From Chlamydiales bacterium (lineage in GTDB: Bacteria > Chlamydiota > Chlamydiia > Chlamydiales > SM23-39): a stretch of DNA of 32,000 bases. The position numbers and the translations under genes are program-made. Below the pieces are notes generated by a model, which was not told where the DNA came from, did not search any database, and saw nothing but the letters and a program-made list of their open reading frames with translations. The stretch spans positions 660,001 through 692,000 of the forward strand of contig OZ253438.1 of the NCBI GenBank assembly GCA_965261025.1, given 5' to 3'. Below are positions 28,647 to 32,000 of the stretch, one piece after another (position 1 is the first letter of the stretch; the number at the start of each line of letters is the position of its first letter).

Positions 28647-28720
28647 CGAGTGCGGAGGGATTCGAACCCCCGACCGGCGACTTTGGAGATCGCTGCTCTA
28701 GCCAGCTGAGCTACACACCC
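28647..28720 (-). tRNA. tRNA-Trp (anticodon CCA)
   Basis: I folded the cloverleaf by hand. The acceptor pairs GGGTGTG with CGCACTC (two G:U pairs). The D-arm is GCTC/GAGC. The anticodon stem pairs GCGAT with GTCGC, with loop CT-CCA-AA. The T-arm is GGGGG-TTCGAAT-CCCTC. The 3' CCA is not encoded. Confidence 0.9.
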
Positions 28721-28730
28721 CGGTTCTCAC

Positions 28731-29915
28731 TTAGTCCAGGATCTTGGAAACAGTCCCTGCTCCAATCGTTCTACCTCCCTCTCGGATAGCAAAACGCATC
28801 CCTTCCTCAATAGCCACAGGAGCAATCAGCTCCACTGTGATCTCCACATTGTCGCCAGGCATCACCATCTCTGTACCCTCAGGAAGAGTCACCGTACCTG
28901 TAACATCTGTAGTCCTAAGATAAAACTGTGGACGATAGCTACTGAAAAAAGGTTTATGCCTTCCCCCTTCTTCCTTCGTCAAAACATACACAGCTCCCTT
29001 AAACTTTGTGTGAGCTTTACAAGAACCAGGCGCACAAAGAACCATGCCTCTTTGTACTTGCTCTTTTTCAATACCTCGGATCAAAAGACCTACGTTCTCC
29101 CCCGCTCTTCCTTCGTCCAAGATTTTGTTGAACATTTCCACTCCCGTAACCACCGTGTCTTGGGTAGGCTTTAAACCAACGATCTGGATTTTGTCGTTAA
29201 CCTTCACAACCCCTCTTTCTACTCTCCCAGTGACAACAGTACCCCTTCCTGAAATAGAAAAAACGTCTTCAATAGGCATCAAAAAAGGCTTATCCACATC
29301 TCTCTCTGGTGTAGGGATCTTCTTATCCACAATGTCCATTAATTCCTGAATCTTCGCTTCATAGCTAGAATCTCCTTCTAAAGCCTTTAAGGCAGACCCC
29401 CGAATAATAGAAACATCCTTATATCCCTTATCCTCTAAAAGCTCTCCCAACTCCATTTCGACAAGCTCGACAAGCTCTTCATCTCCCTGTCCTATCTGAT
29501 CCATCTTGTTTAGAAAAACCACAATAGAAGGAACCCCTACCTGCTTTGCTAATAAAATATGCTCCTTAGTCTGAGGCATAGGACCATCGGTGGCTGCCAC
29601 TACTAAAATAGCCCCATCCATCTGAGCTGCCCCTGTAATCATATTTTTTACATAGTCGGCATGACCTGGACAATCCACGTGAGCATAGTGCCTGTTATCT
29701 GTTTCATACTCTACATGAGAAGAGTTAATGGTAATCCCTCTTTGCTTCTCTTCAGGAGAGTTATCAATCGAGGCATAATCACGAAACTTTCCCTTTCCTA
29801 CCCTAGAAAGCACTTTCGTAATCGCTGCGGTAAGAGTTGTCTTTCCGTGATCTACGTGACCTATCGTACCAATATTGACGTGAGGTTTATCCCTTTTAAA
29901 TGTTTCTTTTGCCAT
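28731..29915 (-). CDS. tuf: Elongation factor Tu
   Basis: The ORF is 394 aa with [17 protein letters not shown] and NKMD. It is very close to chlamydial EF-Tu as I remember it. Confidence 0.98.
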   Translation of the reverse strand: MAKETFKRDKPHVNIGTIGHVDHGKTTLTAAITKVLSRVGKGKFRDYASIDNSPEEKQRGITINSSHVEYETDNRHYAHVDCPGHADYVKNMITGAAQMDGAILVVAATDGPMPQTKEHILLAKQVGVPSIVVFLNKMDQIGQGDEELVELVEMELGELLEDKGYKDVSIIRGSALKALEGDSSYEAKIQELMDIVDKKIPTPERDVDKPFLMPIEDVFSISGRGTVVTGRVERGVVKVNDKIQIVGLKPTQDTVVTGVEMFNKILDEGRAGENVGLLIRGIEKEQVQRGMVLCAPGSCKAHTKFKGAVYVLTKEEGGRHKPFFSSYRPQFYLRTTDVTGTVTLPEGTEMVMPGDNVEITVELIAPVAIEEGMRFAIREGGRTIGAGTVSKILD

Positions 29916-29955
29916 CTCTAAAAATCCTCCATTAGGCTCTTATCTTAAAAAACTC

Positions 29956-30027
29956 TGCCCAGAATAGGAATTGAACCTACGACCGCTTACTTACCATGCA
30001 AGTGCTCTACCACTGAGCTATCTGGGC
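29956..30027 (-). tRNA. tRNA-Thr (anticodon GGT)
   Basis: The acceptor pairs GCCCAGA with TCTGGGC perfectly. The D-arm is AGCTCAGTGGTAGAGC. The anticodon loop is AT-GGT-AA and the T-arm is GTAGG-TTCAATT-CCTAT. CCA is not encoded. Confidence 0.9.
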
Positions 30028-30104
30028 TTTTGTCGCCACCACAAGCGGAAAAGTTTACTTTCGCAAGCCAAATTAAATCAACTATTTCAAGGCCTTAAAG
30101 CAGT

Positions 30105-30323
30105 TTACCTCTGTCGATATATAATCCGAGCCCTACTCAAATCATAGGGAGACATTTCTACCGTAACTACATCCCCCGCATATACCCGGATGTTTCGGAC
30201 TCTCATCTTTCCACAAAGATGCGCCACCACTTTCATTCCATTTTCTAATATCACCCGAAAATGCATATTAGGTAAAAGCTCTTCTACCTTACCATCAATC
30301 TTAATCGTCTCTTCTTTAGCCAT
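30105..30323 (-). CDS. infA: Translation initiation factor IF-1
   Basis: The ORF is 72 aa with an S1-like fold sequence: …[31 protein letters not shown]…[18 protein letters not shown]. Confidence 0.95.
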   Translation of the reverse strand: MAKEETIKIDGKVEELLPNMHFRVILENGMKVVAHLCGKMRVRNIRVYAGDVVTVEMSPYDLSRARIIYRQR

Positions 30324-30483
30324 AAGGAAATATGAATAGGGTGAACACTCTCTTTACAAAATCACTTTTACAGAAAAAATCTTTACCTAAAGCAAAGACG
30401 CAAACCGCAACGCTCGGATCAAAGTATAGGATACAGACAGCTTTCTAAGCAAATTTTTTAGAAAAAATCTTCCCACCTAAGGA

Positions 30484-30508
30484 CTCATAGATTTTCTATC
30501 TCTATGAG
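30484..30508. repeat. Perfect 8-bp inverted repeat in the infA/sufE divergent intergenic region
   Basis: CTCATAGA (30484-30491) pairs with TCTATGAG (30501-30508) across a 9-nt spacer. No U-tract follows on either strand. Confidence 0.5.
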
Positions 30509-30582
30509 AGATGTTCTTCAAAAATCCTTGAAAAGTTTTATTGACAAAGTTTTATTGCTATGAATTTCATTTTTTCGCTAAA

Positions 30583-31017
30583 ATGCGTTCCATGACTTTA
30601 GCATCCAAAGTTGACTCTTTAAGAAAGTGGTTTTCTAGGGATCTTCCTAAAGAAAAGATTTATCAAAACATCATTCAATTAGGTAGCAAGCTTCCTAACT
30701 TTCCTTCCCTCTTTAAAACGGAGGAAAATTTGGTAAAGGGATGCCAAAGTACCACCTACCTTCGTGCTTTTTTGAGAGAAGGAAATCTTTTTTTTGAAGG
30801 AACCTCAGATGCCCTGATTTCCTCCGGTCTGATACACATCCTCAGCTACGTCTACAGCGGGGAATCCCCTGATACTCTGATCCAAGAAAAGGCTGTTTTC
30901 CTAGAAGAGCTTGGTATTTTTTCCTCTCTTTCCTTAAACCGATCAAATGGGCTTTCTCAGATGGTAATTCATATAAAAAGAAAAGCCTTAGAAGAACTCT
31001 CCCACTCTTCTTTTTAA
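30583..31017 (+). CDS. sufE: SufE-like cysteine desulfuration (sulfur acceptor) protein
   Basis: It has the active-site block VKGCQSTTYL, then EGTSDALISSGL and SLSLNRSNGLSQMV, which match the SufE/CsdE pattern. The start is ambiguous between the ATG at 30583 and the ATG at 30592. The track's start at 30541 is TTG. Confidence 0.8.
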   Translation: MRSMTLASKVDSLRKWFSRDLPKEKIYQNIIQLGSKLPNFPSLFKTEENLVKGCQSTTYLRAFLREGNLFFEGTSDALISSGLIHILSYVYSGESPDTLIQEKAVFLEELGIFSSLSLNRSNGLSQMVIHIKRKALEELSHSSF

Positions 31018-32000
31018 AAAAAGTTTTTTATCTGTAGAAAAATGATCCAAAGGGAAAAAGCGAAAGCGGCTGTAAGTAAAGGTTTGCCCCCTTTTACGGT
31101 AAACTCCCCTTTTTTCCTCTGAAAATATCTTCCAGAAAAAAGAAGCAAAACGGGAAGGGCTCCTCCTAAAATGGCGTCCCCAAATCCCCCTGTGACTTCT
31201 AAAGCAAAACGGAACGCTTTAGGAAAAAAAAGAGCTAAAAGAAAAGAAGGGAAAACCACTAAGAATGTTAAATAAAGTTTTTGTTTTCCCTGTTTCTTCA
31301 TTCGAAAGGAATCTGCTAAAAAGTCAAAAAATCCTAGCCCTATTCCCAAGTAAGAGGTAACGATGGCAAAAAAAGCGAAAGTATCGGAAAAATGCATTAA
31401 ATAAGGATGTTTCACCTTTTGCCGAAAGGGCTCCGTAGCAGGTTTTCCAGCTTCAAAAGCTTCCAAAAGCCCCCCTTGTCCTTCATGAGGAACCGTCCCT
31501 AAAACAATCCACTCCCAGATCGCATACATACCAAATGCTAGAAAAGTCCCCCAAAAAAGAGCCTTTTGTAAAACTTTTTTATCTCTTTTTACATATGAAA
31601 CCAAAGTAGGAATAATCATTTGATAGCTGAATACCGTTAGTAAAATAGGAAAAGCAGTAAAACTTTTCATAAAGTTTTTCTGTTGCAATAAAGAAAGATC
31701 TACCTTGGAAATACCCATTGCTGAAAGACCTATATATGTAGCTATCATAGAAACTACCAAAATAGCGTTCATTTTCCCTATAAAACGAGCCCCTAAAAGA
31801 AAAAGGGTCCCAAAACTAAGAGTAAATAGAAAAACAGCTCCTGTATAAGAAAGATCTTGGGAAAATAAGGCTTTTCCTACCCCTTGAAAAAGAAAAGCTC
31901 CCCCACTATTGTAGGCTACTAAAGAGGCGTATCCCATGAAAATAAATAAGAGGAAGCTACAAACTTTTCCAAAAGAGCCCAAAAGCCTCTCTGACATGGT
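31014..32000 (-). CDS. Aromatic amino acid (Tyr/Trp) permease, HAAAP family. The N-terminus lies outside the window.
   Basis: The product is a polytopic membrane protein. …LGSFGKVCSFLLFIFMGYASLVAYNSGGAFLF… aligns, from memory, with residues of about 75 onward of E. coli TyrP ([32 protein letters not shown]). The frame remains open to base 32000, so the M at 31997 is probably internal. Confidence 0.75.
   Translation of the reverse strand, partial: TMSERLLGSFGKVCSFLLFIFMGYASLVAYNSGGAFLFQGVGKALFSQDLSYTGAVFLFTLSFGTLFLLGARFIGKMNAILVVSMIATYIGLSAMGISKVDLSLLQQKNFMKSFTAFPILLTVFSYQMIIPTLVSYVKRDKKVLQKALFWGTFLAFGMYAIWEWIVLGTVPHEGQGGLLEAFEAGKPATEPFRQKVKHPYLMHFSDTFAFFAIVTSYLGIGLGFFDFLADSFRMKKQGKQKLYLTFLVVFPSFLLALFFPKAFRFALEVTGGFGDAILGGALPVLLLFSGRYFQRKKGEFTVKGGKPLLTAAFAFSLWIIFLQIKNFF

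Noticed and set aside
31014-31017. The convergent sufE-like and permease genes overlap at their stop codons within TTTTTAAAAA.
   Set aside because: This is a real overlap but a trivial consequence of compact packing and a palindromic A/T run. No functional inference is warranted.
31995-31997. The ATG taken by the track as the start of the permease, giving 327 aa.
   Set aside because: The family is about 400 aa, and this Met aligns to an internal position (about residue 70-75) of E. coli TyrP from memory. The frame stays open to the window edge.
1-32000. A scan for CRISPR arrays, IS elements or transposases, integrases, rRNA genes and long (over 20 nt) dispersed repeats.
   Set aside because: I could not see any by eye. 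The only repeats found are the short ones reported above. A computational repeat search could still find imperfect ones that I missed.

Overview
The window looks like a chromosomal segment from a member of the Chlamydiae. I base this on recognition, not a search. The EF-Tu, RpoB/C and V-ATPase sequences resemble chlamydial ones. The gene order also matches the Chlamydia layout as I remember it: tRNA-Thr, tuf, tRNA-Trp, secE, nusG, rplK-A-J-L, rpoB-C, tal, plus a V-type ATPase operon ordered E-x-A-B-D-I-K. Most of the window is tightly packed minus-strand housekeeping DNA. It holds the 5' part of a type-2 (eukaryote-like) ileS, a tmRNA and the seven-gene V-ATPase operon. That operon is followed by a dienelactone-hydrolase-like gene and an MFS-like transporter. 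Then come transaldolase, the ribosomal-protein/RNAP/EF-Tu block with two tRNAs, infA, a sufE-like gene and a TyrP-like permease that runs off the right edge. Three patches are not core. (1) An islet of about 2.6 kb lies directly 3' of the tmRNA (2046-4694) and is visibly more G+C-rich. It carries a Cys-rich ORF, an APH-family kinase and a toxin/immunity-like overlapping pair whose toxin-like frame has no start codon. It ends in an AT-rich repeat-bearing leader, and I found no integrase. (2) A plus-strand cluster at 14465-16000 encodes three small proteins with one shared architecture: signal peptide, C-terminal TM helix and a Ser/His tail. They flank a 220-aa secreted protein. I consider this the best candidate for something undescribed. 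(3) A frame-broken GNAT-like pseudogene lies between tal and rpoC. I saw no CRISPR array, IS element, integrase or rRNA. All homology statements come from motif reading and memory and need HMM or BLAST confirmation.
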